From positions 2,036,946-2,100,945 of the forward strand of contig CAJFCJ010000006.1 in assembly GCA_904063045.1 (NCBI GenBank): DNA of 64,000 bases. Direction: 5' to 3'. The DNA comes from Dimorphilus gyrociliatus. Its lineage: Eukaryota; Animalia; Annelida. Of the stretch, positions 13,509 through 26,198 are shown piece after piece (the stretch's first letter is position 1; each line of letters starts with the position of its first letter). The notes beneath the pieces are model-generated. The model ran no database searches and was not told the origin of the DNA. It saw nothing but the letters and a program-made list of their open reading frames with translations. Both the position numbers and the translations under genes were made by a program.

Positions 13509-13888
13509 TGTCGGAAAGACTTTTATAATCGTTTCCACGTGTGGCGCAATAGGTGATTAAAAAGAACCAAACGGAAATCGGTATGTCTGGGGAAATCCCA
13601 GGGCGAATCCTTTATTCGACGTAGGCGGAGTCAAAATCGAATAGGCCAAGTGAGTCTTTTTAAGATTTACACTTTGACCCAACATACCAAAGGAACTCGA
13701 GTTCATCATAACTATCTCGATCATTGGAGAAGTACTAGCTAACTTTAGCTGCAAATTTAAAAGGGGTAAGTTTATTTAAAAAGTTAAAGTTAGCATTAAT
13801 CGAATAGGTCTATTATTTTATGCAAATACATGCAGATAAAAAAAAGCAAGTGACGGTGTAGTTTAACTATTCTCCCATCTGTTGAATA

Positions 13889-15840
13889 ATGGTGAGTTTT
13901 ATAGTAAAATAATGAACTAATTTTGTATAGCATGAGTTAGCTTAATTAAGAGGCAAATTTATTATACCTTTGGAGGTTCAATAAGTATGCTCCTTGATAA
14001 AAAAGTTCTAAATTTTCAAGTGGTCTTTTTAATTCGCGATAGACCAAATAATTAGGAATTGGATAAAATGTATAATTTCTATTTCTTTATAGGAATCTGT
14101 TAGCGTTGACCCAGCCAAAATAACAGCTTTTCGCGAAGCTTTCCTTAAAGAGAAGGCCGGTAAGATTATTATTTAAAACGTAACTAGGGAGCTTTCATGT
14201 GACAATTGCATATTTTATCTTTTTAGACGCTATTAAAAACGACGAATATGACCAGAGAGACATTGATAGAATGAATAACGATGACGATTATGTATCTTGC
14301 TTTGTGAAATCTGGAAAAACTGAAGGAGATCCCGTAAAAGGTGTTCAGCTGTTCCACGACGTTTTCACTTATAGAAAACAAATGAACATATGGGGTAAGT
14401 GGATTTTATTTAAATTGAAAAAGGCAAGTGTCACTACACTCTTTACATTTCATACAAATCTTTTACAAATTCTACTAAAAAAATTTGGTATGATAGAACA
14501 AGGCGATACTCCATTACCGAATTTATTACAATACATTATCTAAAAATGGAGGAAAGAGAACAAAACGGGGTAAAAGAAAATAATGACCTATGGGAAAATA
14601 TATTATTTTTCTCACTATTTTCCTTCTCTTTACATTTATATACGTTCTGTTTATAGAAATGATATCATAATCATATGACATTAAAATTCTCTTATCTCCA
14701 TCTTCTTATCATCTGATAAAGAAATATGTTCCCTTTTTTTTGTTTAACCTTCAAATACAACAATATAGGACTATTTTTCATATGAGGAAATGAAATGTTC
14801 ATTCAAAAAAGAAAGTATGAACATTTGGAAATTTTGTATAATAAAAAGATTTTATCTCTCTTTTTTTATTATTCCACATTTAATTAACTTTTCAACAATT
14901 GCATTGTTGAGGGATATTTTTAATTTTTAAATAAATAACTCATAAATTAATATATATTTCTTTTAAACCCTCCCTTCCCCTTATCCCATTCACTCCTCTT
15001 CTCTCAGATTTTCTTTCTATTATTTATCATCAGGCCTATGTTAAATATTGATTATTCATTACTTTTATAATACAAATATTAATTTAATAAGATGAATTAT
15101 AACAGCTAATTATGATATATTTGTTACTAAATTTCCACCTTAATTACATTCCATTTCCAATTAGGCTGTTTATATTTAGAATTATTATTAATTGAAATTA
15201 TTATATTGTTTTTCTTCTTTTTAAGATTTGAAACGTGAAGATATCAATCCTGAATTATTGGAAAAAGAGATTTTCATGTACAAGAATGTTGACAATAAAG
15301 GACAAAAGTTGTGTAAGTACTTTTTGTCTCTTCCTCTACAAAAAAAAAAACTGAGAAAAATTTGTTTTTCTCTTCTATTTGAATAGTTCATTTCCAAGTG
15401 GGCAAACACGCCAAAGGAACGTTTACTGATGAGATCAAGAAGTTATTGGCTTTGCTTATGGATGAATTTCATAGAGAGAATGCTGGAAAGAATTGTTTTG
15501 TTCTCATCTTTGATTTTACTAATTCCGGATTAAGCAACGCTGTAAGATTACTTCAATTTTACGACACTTATTACTAAGGAAAATGTAATAATCTTTTTAT
15601 ATTTATTATTTAAAGGACTTGGAAATTGTCAAGTACGTTATTAGCTGTGTAACTGTCTACTTTCCAAGAATAGTTGACTACATTCTACTCTTTGAAATGC
15701 CATTCCTTTTGGGTGCCGTATGGAAGATTGTTCAAGCCTGGTTGTCGGCTGAACAAAAGAAGTTTATCAAGTTTGTCAAAAAGTCCGACATTAAGCAGTA
15801 CATAGACGAAGATAATTTAGAAGATCACATGAAAAAGTAG
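13889..15840 (+). CDS. MOSPD2-like CRAL-TRIO (Sec14-like) lipid-binding protein lacking the MSP and TM domains
   Basis: First coding exon is ATG alone (13889-91, then gtgagt). Following exons give ESVSVDPAKITAFREAF | DEYDQRDIDRMNNDDDYV...YRKQMNIWD | LKREDINPELLE...VDNKGQKL | ...LIFDFTNSGLSNA | DLEIVKYVISCVTVYFP...FEMPFLLGAVWKIVQAWL...LEDHMKK*. This follows the N-terminal half of MOSPD2 as I recall it. Confidence 0.8.
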
Positions 15841-16005
15841 ATAGTTTTTGGTTCGAAAGCATTAATCTTTCTTATTCTCTTTGAGTATGCATTCTTCAGC
15901 TTTGAATTAATAATAAATTAAATTTGATTATTCCAATATTTATTATTCTCTTGAACATTAAAAGACCAAAGAATATTCATTCACACACTATAAAGTCATT
16001 TGGGC

Positions 16006-19000
16006 CTAAATTTTAGCTTCATTCTTCCATTTGTAAGTTCCTGTATAAGTGAAATTATACTTTTTGAGAAGGTCGTCGGATTCTTTTGGTCCTCTTGATC
16101 CAAAGGTGTATTTTACAGGTTTGATCCTCTCTTTGTCAATTTTATGGAGTAACGGTGTAAATATTCTCCAAGCTTCGGCTAATTCGTCGGATCTGACGAA
16201 ATGGATTTGTGATCCTAAAAATACGTCTAAAATTAAACGTTCATAGGCATCTGGTAATTTCACTCCGGCATAGCGTGATGCATAAGTCCTTAAAAAATAA
16301 ATAAATCATAATTCATTCTTTAAATTTACAACTTAGTTCCACTTACAAATCAAGCTCAGTTTCTTCACAATCAAAAGAGTTACCCGGCTTCTTTCCCATT
16401 ATCTTCATATAGACAGCTTCGTCCGGTTGTACACGTATAACAAGTTCGTTTCTTGCTAATTGACCTCGAGTAAAAATATCACCAGAGACATCCTTTAACT
16501 GAACTCTAACTTCGGCTTTACGTTCATTTAAAGCTTTCCCGCAACGAAGTATAAATGGAACTCCGTCCCATCTTTCATTTTTGACAAATAAGACAGCGGT
16601 AGCGAAGGTTGGCGTTACTGAATCTGTTAGTTTTTAGGCTATTTAATAACTTCTATATTACTTTTAATATATTTGTATATACGTTACCTTTAGAAACACC
16701 AGGATCGTCTAAATAACCTGTTCTTGAATCTTCATTAGGTCCATTAGGATCACCCATATATTGCCCAAGAACCACTTCAGTTATTTCAATAGGCTTTATA
16801 CATTTTAGAACTTTTACTTTCTCATTACGTATATCTTCAGCGTTTAATGATACAGGTTTCTCCATTGCAATCAGAGATAGCATCTGCAGTAGATGATTCT
16901 GCATCACGTCTCTATTAACGAGAGAAAAAAATCACAAATTAAAAAACCTCTAAAGGTATAGAAAACTCCAAGAAATGGAAATAATTAAATTTTTAAGTGA
17001 AAAAAAAAATAACAATACCTTATTATTCCAAAAGTGTCGAAGTAACCTCCTCTACCGAATGTTCCAAATGGCTCTTTAAATGAAATTACAACTGATGCTA
17101 TATTATCTCTATTCCACAATGGGGCAAACATTCTATTCCCAAATCTTTGTATGACCAAATTTTGAACCATCTCTTTACCAAGATAATGATCAATACGATA
17201 TAACTGATTTTCCACAAATAGGCCTATATGAAAAAGAAATAGACTATATATAGTATAATTAATTTGCTTATATTATTATATTGCTTACCAGATAAATGCT
17301 TAGATAGTTCAGCTGAAGATTGAGAATCATGTCCAAATGGTTTTTCTACGATGATACGAGTCCAGCATTCCCTAGAGAGTATTCAATGAGTTAATTCTTA
17401 ACGATAAAGGCGGGAAATTATATTATTTACTTTGGAGCCATACAATAGTCATGTATGTTTTTCGTTATGCTTTGATAGACGGTAGGTGGTAAGGCAAGAT
17501 AGATAATTCTATGAGCCTTACAGCCTATGCATTATAAAACATAAGGAATATTTAATCTAATCAAACAATTATATTTAATATAATTTTTCTTACTTAAGCC
17601 ACGTATATGGCTATCTAATGTTTGAAAGTCGGGACCCTTATCGTACGAACCAGCCACGTATGAGTTCATCTTCCAAAATTCTTCCAACACTTCATTTTCA
17701 TTTGGGCCTACCTTAAAAAAGGGTTCAACTTTCTCACGAAGTTCCAATATTGAAAACTTTGATCGAGCATAGCCAACGAAAAAAGTCTGTTTAGGTATTA
17801 ACTGATCCTTATAAAGTCCCCATAATGTCGGATAAATTTTCTTCTTGGCCAAATCTCCCTATAATTTAATAAAAGTGTAAAAAGTTAATTAATGCTATAA
17901 GGAATATCTTGATATTGAAAGGATAGAGTAAACTATAATTATTTAATGAGATAGTCATGTGATGCTGAACGTGAAAAAAACTACGAAAATAATGATCGAT
18001 TAGATATTGTACACCTATCCATTTTTCATGTAGAAAATAATAGAGTATCTAAGAAATTATGCATCCTATATATCTTACCGATGCACCACCAACTACAAAC
18101 ACATGAGGAACTTGATAATCTTCAGTCTTGTCCAAACTCTCCTTTAGTAATCGAATACCTTCTTCCTCGAATTTGATAACTTCTTCATGATCACTCATCA
18201 CTGCTTTTCGTACTAAGCTATAGGTGGAAGATGTTAGATGATCCATAGAAGAAGACAGACAGAGAATATGGATAATACTTTCAAAATTCCATAGAATTTA
18301 TTACATTAAAAAAATTAACTTCTAAAATTGAAAGTAAAAATAACAGGGAAGAAGATTGCAAAACTATTCAAGACGAATAAACAGCTCTTTATATAAATCA
18401 ATATAAAATCGTGGTTTTCATCGACCACATATACATATATAGTATCTATTTTTAGATCTTATCCACGCTTAAAGAATAGTTCTATCCCGATAAAATCGTC
18501 TTATATTTTAGGGTCGAATATTGCCAACAGAGAGCACTAATGGTTACAAATCGATGGCGTTTAATGATTTACATGATCACTAGTGGGGAAAATAGCTGAG
18601 TAATCTTACGTATGTTTAATCTAATATGCAGTCACTATGTTTAATATGAATTTTAAGAATATTGTTCCCAATTGTTAAACTTCTTTAGTTGAATGCGTTT
18701 TAACGCCTGGAAGAGGTAAATTGATCTCAAAGTTCACCAAAAGGGCACAAGCTATTACTGTCAAAAGTTTAAATAATATAAATCTAATTTAGAGAGTTTG
18801 TAAAAATTTCGAAAATTTAGGCGTAAAATAAAAAATTAAGATGAATTTGGAAAAAGAACAAAAATATTCCTAAATCTTTTAATTAAGAACTAACTATCTT
18901 ACCAAGATTTCTCGTAGCGTTTATACATTGTCGGCTTAAGTTGGCTATATCTGCTTCGGAACTGTATCAACTATAACTCTGAGACCTTCAAAGCTAGACC

Positions 19001-19255
19001 TACATAAGTTTTGCAAAGTAACAATGATCTCATTTATTACACTTAATGATTAATATAAATTCAGTCATGTTTGGATAATTTAAGTAAGTAAAAACTACTA
19101 AAGAGGAAAGATAGCATCATACTGCTTTCCTCTAATGTCATTAAGATGTAGTAAATCAATAAAAATGCAGCATATTTCACCTGACTACGGTAGTTCACTC
19201 GATCCTAATATCGTCCTTGACACGGTGCTGATATATCGCGAGATTCTCACCTCAT
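16006..19255 (-). CDS. G6PD: Glucose-6-phosphate 1-dehydrogenase
   Basis: Motifs GAS|[44 protein letters not shown] and [12 protein letters not shown]...FVRSDEL. Multiple short GT-AG introns. The 5' end is uncertain: candidate first coding mini-exons start at 19255 or 18928 and splice to the acceptor at 18217. Confidence 0.97.
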
Positions 19256-19587
19256 TTTAATAGAATTAACTAGCGCTAGAACTTCAGAGATTATAGTTAA
19301 TTTTAAGCAAGTTAATATATCTTGATATTAGTTTTAAGGAAACCGTCTGGTGTAGATATGTTAACAAAGTTTATTATTGAACATTTTAGATTTGTAAAAA
19401 CTAATATTTTTTTTCTATAATATGAATCGACATAGAACCAATAGTAGGATATAATGGATTTGTTACAAAAAAAATAGCAAGGATATCTAGAAAATGCAAT
19501 TTCAACCGTACATTCTACTTAAAATGTTGATTTTTAAACATTTCTTTGGCGCTAGGAAAATATTCAAAATTAGTACCAGTTATGAAC

Positions 19588-19601
19588 TTATGACGTCATA
19601 A
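19588..19601. promoter_or_regulatory. 14-bp perfect palindrome TTATGACGTCATAA (full CRE) in the G6PD/TMEM115 divergent promoter region
   Basis: Palindrome seen directly, ending 14 bp before the TMEM115 ATG. Confidence 0.5.
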
Positions 19602-19614
19602 TTGTAGACGAAAC

Positions 19615-20982
19615 ATGGCGCCTAGCGCAAGTTATGTGAAAGAGCAATTTTACCTCGTCGTAGGGCAAAGTAGCGTCGTTGTTAAATTTATTTGTGTTGC
19701 TGTGACAATAGGTTATTCCCTATCATTCAGTGAATCCGCTGTCAACGTCTTAAGGTACGTTAGTAAACTAGAAAACGAACGATAATAAGGAAATTCTTGT
19801 TATATTGTTTATTTACATGATGTCAGAGGTTGTACATCGAATGATTAAGAAAAGTATAAGTAAAAGATAATTATATAATTTGCATATAATATTTTCTGGT
19901 GTAGATTTTAGGGGGAAGGAACAAGAGTGTTGTGTTGAAAAAATTAATATTTATGTTTTATGTGTCTTAGCGTAACCGCTGGACGGATAATACCTCCAAA
20001 TTTCTGGATATGGACATTTTTAACGCATAGTTTAATAGAACGACATATTTGGAATTTAATTGTCGATATAGCTGTAATTTTTCTCTGTGGGAAGCTTTTG
20101 GAACCGTTATGGGGTGCTTTAGAAATGCTCATCTTCTACAACGTTGTAACAATAGGAGTTGCAATCAACACAACATTTTTCTATATGTTTATCTATCTCA
20201 TAACGAAAAATGAGACTTATTTATTTGGCACTCATATTCATGGAATGGCCGGTTATCTGGCTGGCTTTGCAGTTGCCTCAAAGCAAGTAATGCCTGATCA
20301 TGTTCTAGTCAACTCACCATTTGGAAAATTGCGAAATAAACATGTTCCCATGTTACTCTTTTATACATTTATACCTATTAGGCTGTTAGGCGGAGTAGAT
20401 GGTCCTTTTCCAATTATGTTCGGTTTTGGTATAATTGTTAGTTGGATTTATTTAAGATTTTATCAAAAACATTCCAATGGTAATCGAGGAGATTACGCCG
20501 AGAGTTTTTCATTTGCTAGGTAAGCTTTTATAATATTAATTCTATATTTTTCAATTCATTTTTCGTTTCATATTTAGTTTCTTTCCTACTGCGCTTCAAC
20601 CAGTAGTTTCGGTTATCAGCAATAGCGTATTCAACGTTTTTGTAAAGTTAAGAATCTGCAAGAAACCCCAGAGGAAATATGACGTTAGCAATCCAACTAC
20701 CATTACTGTGACACTTCCAGGAAACGATCCGGATGCTGAGCGACGAAGGTTAGTCAGCCTTAATTCTTTTTAATTTTATTAATTTTTGAACAATTGTTTT
20801 TTAATCATAGGCAAGTAGCTCTAAAAGCGTTGAATGAACGCTTAAATAAATCCGAACAACCATCGGATGCTCCGTCCTGGCCTGCAATGGATGACGAGGG
20901 TACCGAAGAATCTGGATCAGTGCCTAACGATTCATCCCCGACTTCAAAAGTAGAAGGTAAAGAAAATACATCTTCCAGTTGA
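19615..20982 (+). CDS. TMEM115: Transmembrane protein 115 (Golgi, rhomboid-like)
   Basis: MAPSASYVKEQF... | VTAGRIIPPNFWIWTFLTHSLIE...LEPLWGALE...WIYLRFYQKHSNGNRGDYAESFSFA | SFFPTALQPVV...PGNDPDAERRR | QVALKALNERL. These are the conserved TMEM115 motifs. Confidence 0.93.
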
Positions 20983-21087
20983 AGGGTGATAGCTCTCTGA
21001 TGTTTTTTTAAGAAATGAAAACTGCAAAAAAAAAACAAAACAAAACTAACAAAAAAAAAGAAAATTTGACATAAATATATTCCTTAA

Positions 21088-21136
21088 ATTTGTATATATC
21101 TATATATATATATTTATATATCTCTCTCTCTTTCCA

Positions 21137-21168
<32 letters not shown>

Positions 21169-21169
21169 G

Positions 21170-21200
<31 letters not shown>
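21088..21200. repeat. Compound (TA)n/(TC)n microsatellite
   Basis: Seen directly downstream of the TMEM115 stop. It explains the spurious track ORF 21090-21311. Confidence 0.9.
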
Positions 21201-21203
<3 letters not shown>

Positions 21204-22517
21204 TTGTATATGTATACATATAGTTTTTTTTATCAATTTTGTTTTTTTTCGTGCCCTAACCTCATTAAAACAAAAAACAACTATTATAACCAAATTGGCA
21301 GACCTAACTAATTTGAGAAAAGAAACAGAATAATAACACTGAAAAAAAGAATTATTTATTAATTTTTAGTTTAACTAATTATCTATTAAACTTGTACTAA
21401 TAGTTTAACGTTGACTTTGCTCGAGATGCAAGTATTTTCGTCATCTGGATGGATTTTATAAGCGAACAAAAAAATAAACCTTTTTTTTTATAATTCGAAC
21501 ACGCTTTTTGCTTTTTCATTTTACTATTTCTCTATAAGTTTATATCTGCTTCCATTACAATTATCACTAACGCGTAAAACCCGCCTTATTCGTCAATTTC
21601 ATATTTTACTAAGATTTCTTTCTCATCTTACTCTCCCTCCTTTCCATCTTAAAAGCTTATAGAAAGAAAAACACAATAGCTACTTTAGTAATAGAGATGT
21701 TTTATTTTTTTTATATCATTGTCTTTTATCTCTTGTCTCAAGTATTTTTATCTGATAACAGCTTGTAAATATGCTAGGTAAAAGACAAGAGTTAATGAGA
21801 AACAGTTGAGCCATTCAATTAAATAATTAGAATAAAATTATTGACTATTCTTTTTTTCATTTAAAAATATAAAATGTAACAAAAATGGCTTATGAATTAA
21901 GAAATGTCATCTTTTCATTTATTGTATCTTTGTGTCTACTAGAATCAAAATTAGAAAGACTTCTAAAAATATCATATATAAAATATCCTTTATATAGCTG
22001 ATGGCAGATGTTAGCAGATGCTACACAAAAAGAAAAGATATATTAAAATAAAAAAAGAAGTTTTAACAATTGTCTAAACGCATGACGCTTTTATTGATCT
22101 CTGGAACGAATAAAGTACACAATCAATGACATTATCACATAAAGAAATCATGTTTTTTTTTTAAATAAAAAAACCGATCACCTGTTTTTCTCTTCAAGTT
22201 CTTTTTTTTAAAATATTTAAAGCGAAATTAAATTTGTTATGTCTACAAAACTCGGTCATTAAAAAAAAAAAAATAAAGTAAATAGATATTAGTTTGTATA
22301 TGGTTAGTTGAGAGAAAGATAAAACGGACAAATGTGATGAATAAAATGATAAAAACTACTTGAAACATGAAGGTTTCAAATATTAATCCTTTCAAAAGAA
22401 AAAATTATATATATGTATGTAAATGTTTTTTTACGACTATAAAAGTATAAGTATACAAAAGAAAAGAAATAGGAAAAGAAGATAGGTAGGAGGATATGTT
22501 GAATTTCTAGCAATCAT

Positions 22518-24579
22518 CTAGTATACCCAACTAACTGGGACCCATTGGTTGTCAGCATTTAATTTATCAATTTCCGCTCTTAACTTTCTATAAGTTTCAT
22601 CCATGTTGTCATTGACGATTATACAATCAAAATATGCTTTATACGTCTTTTCAATCCTTGCTGATTCGGCAAGGGTCTTCTGAAAGTCTTCTTCCTATAT
22701 GAGGAAAGGAAAAATGTTAATATATAATGTATACAGTAAATATACTGTAAACTTACAGTTTTTATTTTATTAGTTTTGCCCCTTTGACGAGCAAACTCGT
22801 GCATATTTCTCATAATCTGAACAGGAGGAGCCGCAATGAAGACGATAAATGGTAGGAATTCACCACTTTTTATTCCCTTAAGCGCCTTTTAAATGAAAAG
22901 AATAGAAATTATATTTTAAACTATTAATATTTCGAATATTTTGAATCCACTTACAGCTGGATTTATATCGAGAATGCACATTTTATTCTGTTTCGTAACG
23001 TTTGTTATACTCTCGAATTTTGTTCCATAATAATTGCCTTCGTACGCTCCCCATTCAAGGAATTTGTTACCTTGGATTTCTTCTTCCATTAGTTCTTTAT
23101 CCATAAAATGGTATTGATTACCATCTATTTCATTCAAACGTTTAACGCGGCAAGTATGCGGTATAACACTGCCGAACCTATGTGGTTCAGCTTTCAATAA
23201 GAATTGTTTCAAGGTTCTCCTTCCGACACCTTGGGCTCCGATAAGAACCAGAGTTTTTCTATGGAATGGCGGTAATTTTGTAACTTCTTCATAAATGGCC
23301 AATTCGTATTTATCGAATTCGGAATTCTGTTTAGCCTGATAGAGCATTTTCTTCTTCTTTTTCGTAACTATACCGCATAGATAGGATTTTTGCGTATGAT
23401 CCAAATCAGGTTTAACGAAAGCTTGTCTTTTCTCTTCCAATGTAAGTGATGGTATAATACCTGTTTTTCCTGATCCATCTACTTTAGCTGCTTGCCACCA
23501 CTTAGAATCTTCCATATTAACAACTTTTAGTATATCGCCGTCTTTAAAGGCCAATCCAGCGTCACGACAAGGTATAACCGAATCCTTTTTAGGATCGTAA
23601 TTAAAATGGGCTTTAACATACATCTCGGTACGTCCAGTTTGTTCATCAAAGGCGGGAATAATCTTGATTTTTATATTTTCACCACTTTTACGAATTAGCT
23701 CTTGTAATTGTTGAGGAGTTGTAACCTCCTCTCCATTAACTTCCTTTATTAAATCACCAACGTGCAATAATCCTATTATCGTTGCATTGAGAAAGAGTAA
23801 ATGGAAGGGAGACATTTCGTATGAGTAAAGATGATAAACATCATATATCAATACATGAAAAGAAAATAAATATTCATTGATTAAAATATTAAATCATAAA
23901 AGGCTAATAATTAAAAAAACATATATAGAAATAAAGGAAATCAAAGGAAAAAATAACAATCTGTAATAAAAAAAAAAACAGAAAGAAATAAGAAAGTTCC
24001 TAAAATAATATCTTCTCTTAGTCTTCTTTAATAATACATTTATTCTGGATAGAGAGATAGATAAATAGAGAAACATTCTTATTTCTTTTTTCGTGTATCT
24101 AATTAATCATTTCACTAATTTTTTTTTCACCTTGTTCATCTATAGGTGAACCGGCAATAACTCGAGTTATGATTAAATCACCCATTTGACTGACACGTAC
24201 AGTAATTCCCTGTATAATTTATTATTAATTTTGGATAGTTAAAAACACTTGATACTTGATAAAATGCAGAGAAATATTAATGAATATTAATTATTATTGT
24301 TCAATCATGCTATTATACTTAATAAAATTGATAATTATGTGGAATTTTTTTAAAAATCTAAATAAAACTTAAATATTAATCAATATGGCCGCATTTAGAG
24401 AGGAGGGAGGGAGGAAGAGAGAGAAAGAGAGAAAGATAAGCAGCAAGAGATAGAAATCAAATAAGCAAAAAATGTAATCACCGCATTTAGCGACAACACT
24501 TCCTTCAATAATTCTAGCAATCATTAAGCCATTTGGTTCTTGTTGCAGAGTGATACCCTGGTTCAAAAGATTACAATTA

Positions 24580-24610
<31 letters not shown>

Positions 24611-25471
24611 CTGTATATGCTAATATATAGTACTATAATACTATTATATTATATTACTACTATTAGTAATAAAATCATATTTTTAAATTGATTATCATAA
24701 AGCAAGGAAGAAAAAGCTTAATTATCTTAATCATTTAAATACATTGATTATACTTCATATAGAAAATCTCTCTTTTGTTTTGTGTCCTATTATATAGATA
24801 TTATAATAAAAGTCGTACGAGTGATTCTCCAGGCTTCTTCTTTATTCCAATCATATTAAGAGCTAATTTGCTTTGTTGAACAGGAACAACATCTTCCGGA
24901 GGGACGAAATCATTTGATTCGTCTGGTTCCATTTCGAACTCGTAATTTTTCCACGCAACATCATCGTGAACTTTCAATAGAGCCTAAATTAATTACAATT
25001 TTAATAAATACAATTTAAATATTGTTTCTATTTCTAACAAACCTCCAAATGAGGATCTTGTAGAATTGTTGTCAATTCAGCAGCACCCTGACTTTTATGA
25101 TTAAATGGTTCGAGGTCGTACAAGATTTCATCAATTAAATTCTTTGAATAGCCATCTTGACTATTCGGTTCATTATATGCAATAGTTAATTTATCGTACG
25201 TCTATGGAAATTGTTAAAAATAGTAATAAAAGTATAGTAGATTATTAAAATAACTAATAAAAAACTTACATTAACCAGAGTTGCCAAAACTGGATTACTT
25301 AATATATTACCAAGTTCATTAACTTTTTCTTCATCATTTGGTTCATTGACCAAAGAATCCAAATTTTGTAAAATATTCTCAAGATCACCTAATTAAGAAG
25401 AAGGTAGAATTAACTCCGTAATGATGGAAATGTTTCTACTTACTCAATCCCGTTTCAGTTGGTTCGGGCAT
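22518..25471 (-). CDS. MAGUK p55-subfamily scaffold of the MPP2/MPP6(PALS2)/Varicose type: L27-L27-PDZ-SH3-HOOK-GUK
   Basis: Start MPEPTETGL at 25471. L27 region ...LLNHKSQG..LNPHLE|ALLKVHDDVA. PDZ GESL|GIT..|GLLHVGDLIKEVNG. SH3 YVKAHFNYDPKKDSVIPCRDAGLAFKDGDIL. GUK RKTLVLIGAQGVGRRTLK. C-terminus QWVPVSWVY*. Contains two alternative PDZ exons (see findings). Confidence 0.93.
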
Positions 25472-25861
25472 AATTTCTCTCCTTTTCAAAATTCTATAAC
25501 ATAATATAAACAATGATATTGAAAAGGCTAAAGAAACATGAAATTACAATAATTACAAATATCAATCTAATAATATAATGCCTTGAGAGTTTACTTATAT
25601 TTATTTATTTAACTATATAAGCAGTAAAATTACAGAGAGTATTTCCAAATAGTTAAAACAATATAACGATAAAATTATTACAAAATATATGTAGAACATT
25701 AGCTAAAATCGATAGAAATGTCGTTTTCGTAGCCATTCTTATAAAACCTTATTACAAACACATATTGCAACCTTTTTTTTGTATTCATAAAAACTATAAA
25801 ATCAGACAATGAAGAGAGAATATTACGTTTATAAATATTAAATAAAGTGCTTAATTGCTTA

Positions 25862-26044
25862 TTAGACATGATTTCTATGCTTTTCTGAGCAAACTCCTAG
25901 TTTATAGGCCATAAAAACGTATACTACACACATAACGCAAGCTATAAAGCAACCAAAAGCTATTAAAAAATATCGATAACTTGTATCCATGATGAACGGA
26001 TTTGTTAACATTCGAAAATCAAGTTCTATGGGATCGTTAGGCAT
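25862..26044 (-). CDS. Possible 60-aa single-TM microprotein
   Basis: ATG-initiated ORF with an A-rich leader, one hydrophobic Cys-rich helix (YFLIAFGCFIACVMCVVYVFMAY) and a short polar tail. No homology recognised. Confidence 0.35.
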   Translation of the reverse strand: MPNDPIELDFRMLTNPFIMDTSYRYFLIAFGCFIACVMCVVYVFMAYKLGVCSEKHRNHV

Positions 26045-26198
26045 TTTTTCTTTGTTTTCTTTTTTCTTTTAATTCAAATTTTTCCTATATGACATATATT
26101 ATTTAAATTACAATCAGGATAAAGTTCATCTTCATCGTCTTAGGTTCAGGAGACAAAAAAATTAATATAAGTGCCTCCTATATTCACGTTAACTAATT

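Noticed and set aside
13540-13760. GC-richer segment with track ORF 13557-13754 between PTRH1 and the MOSPD2-like gene
   Set aside because: The ORF has a non-ATG start and no motif. It is more simply the shared promoter or a non-coding exon (plus-strand donor gtgagt at ~13650).
18220-18246. Track start [10 protein letters not shown] for G6PD
   Set aside because: It lies in a polypyrimidine tract ending in a strong acceptor at 18217, so it is better explained as intron. An intron-retaining isoform cannot be excluded.
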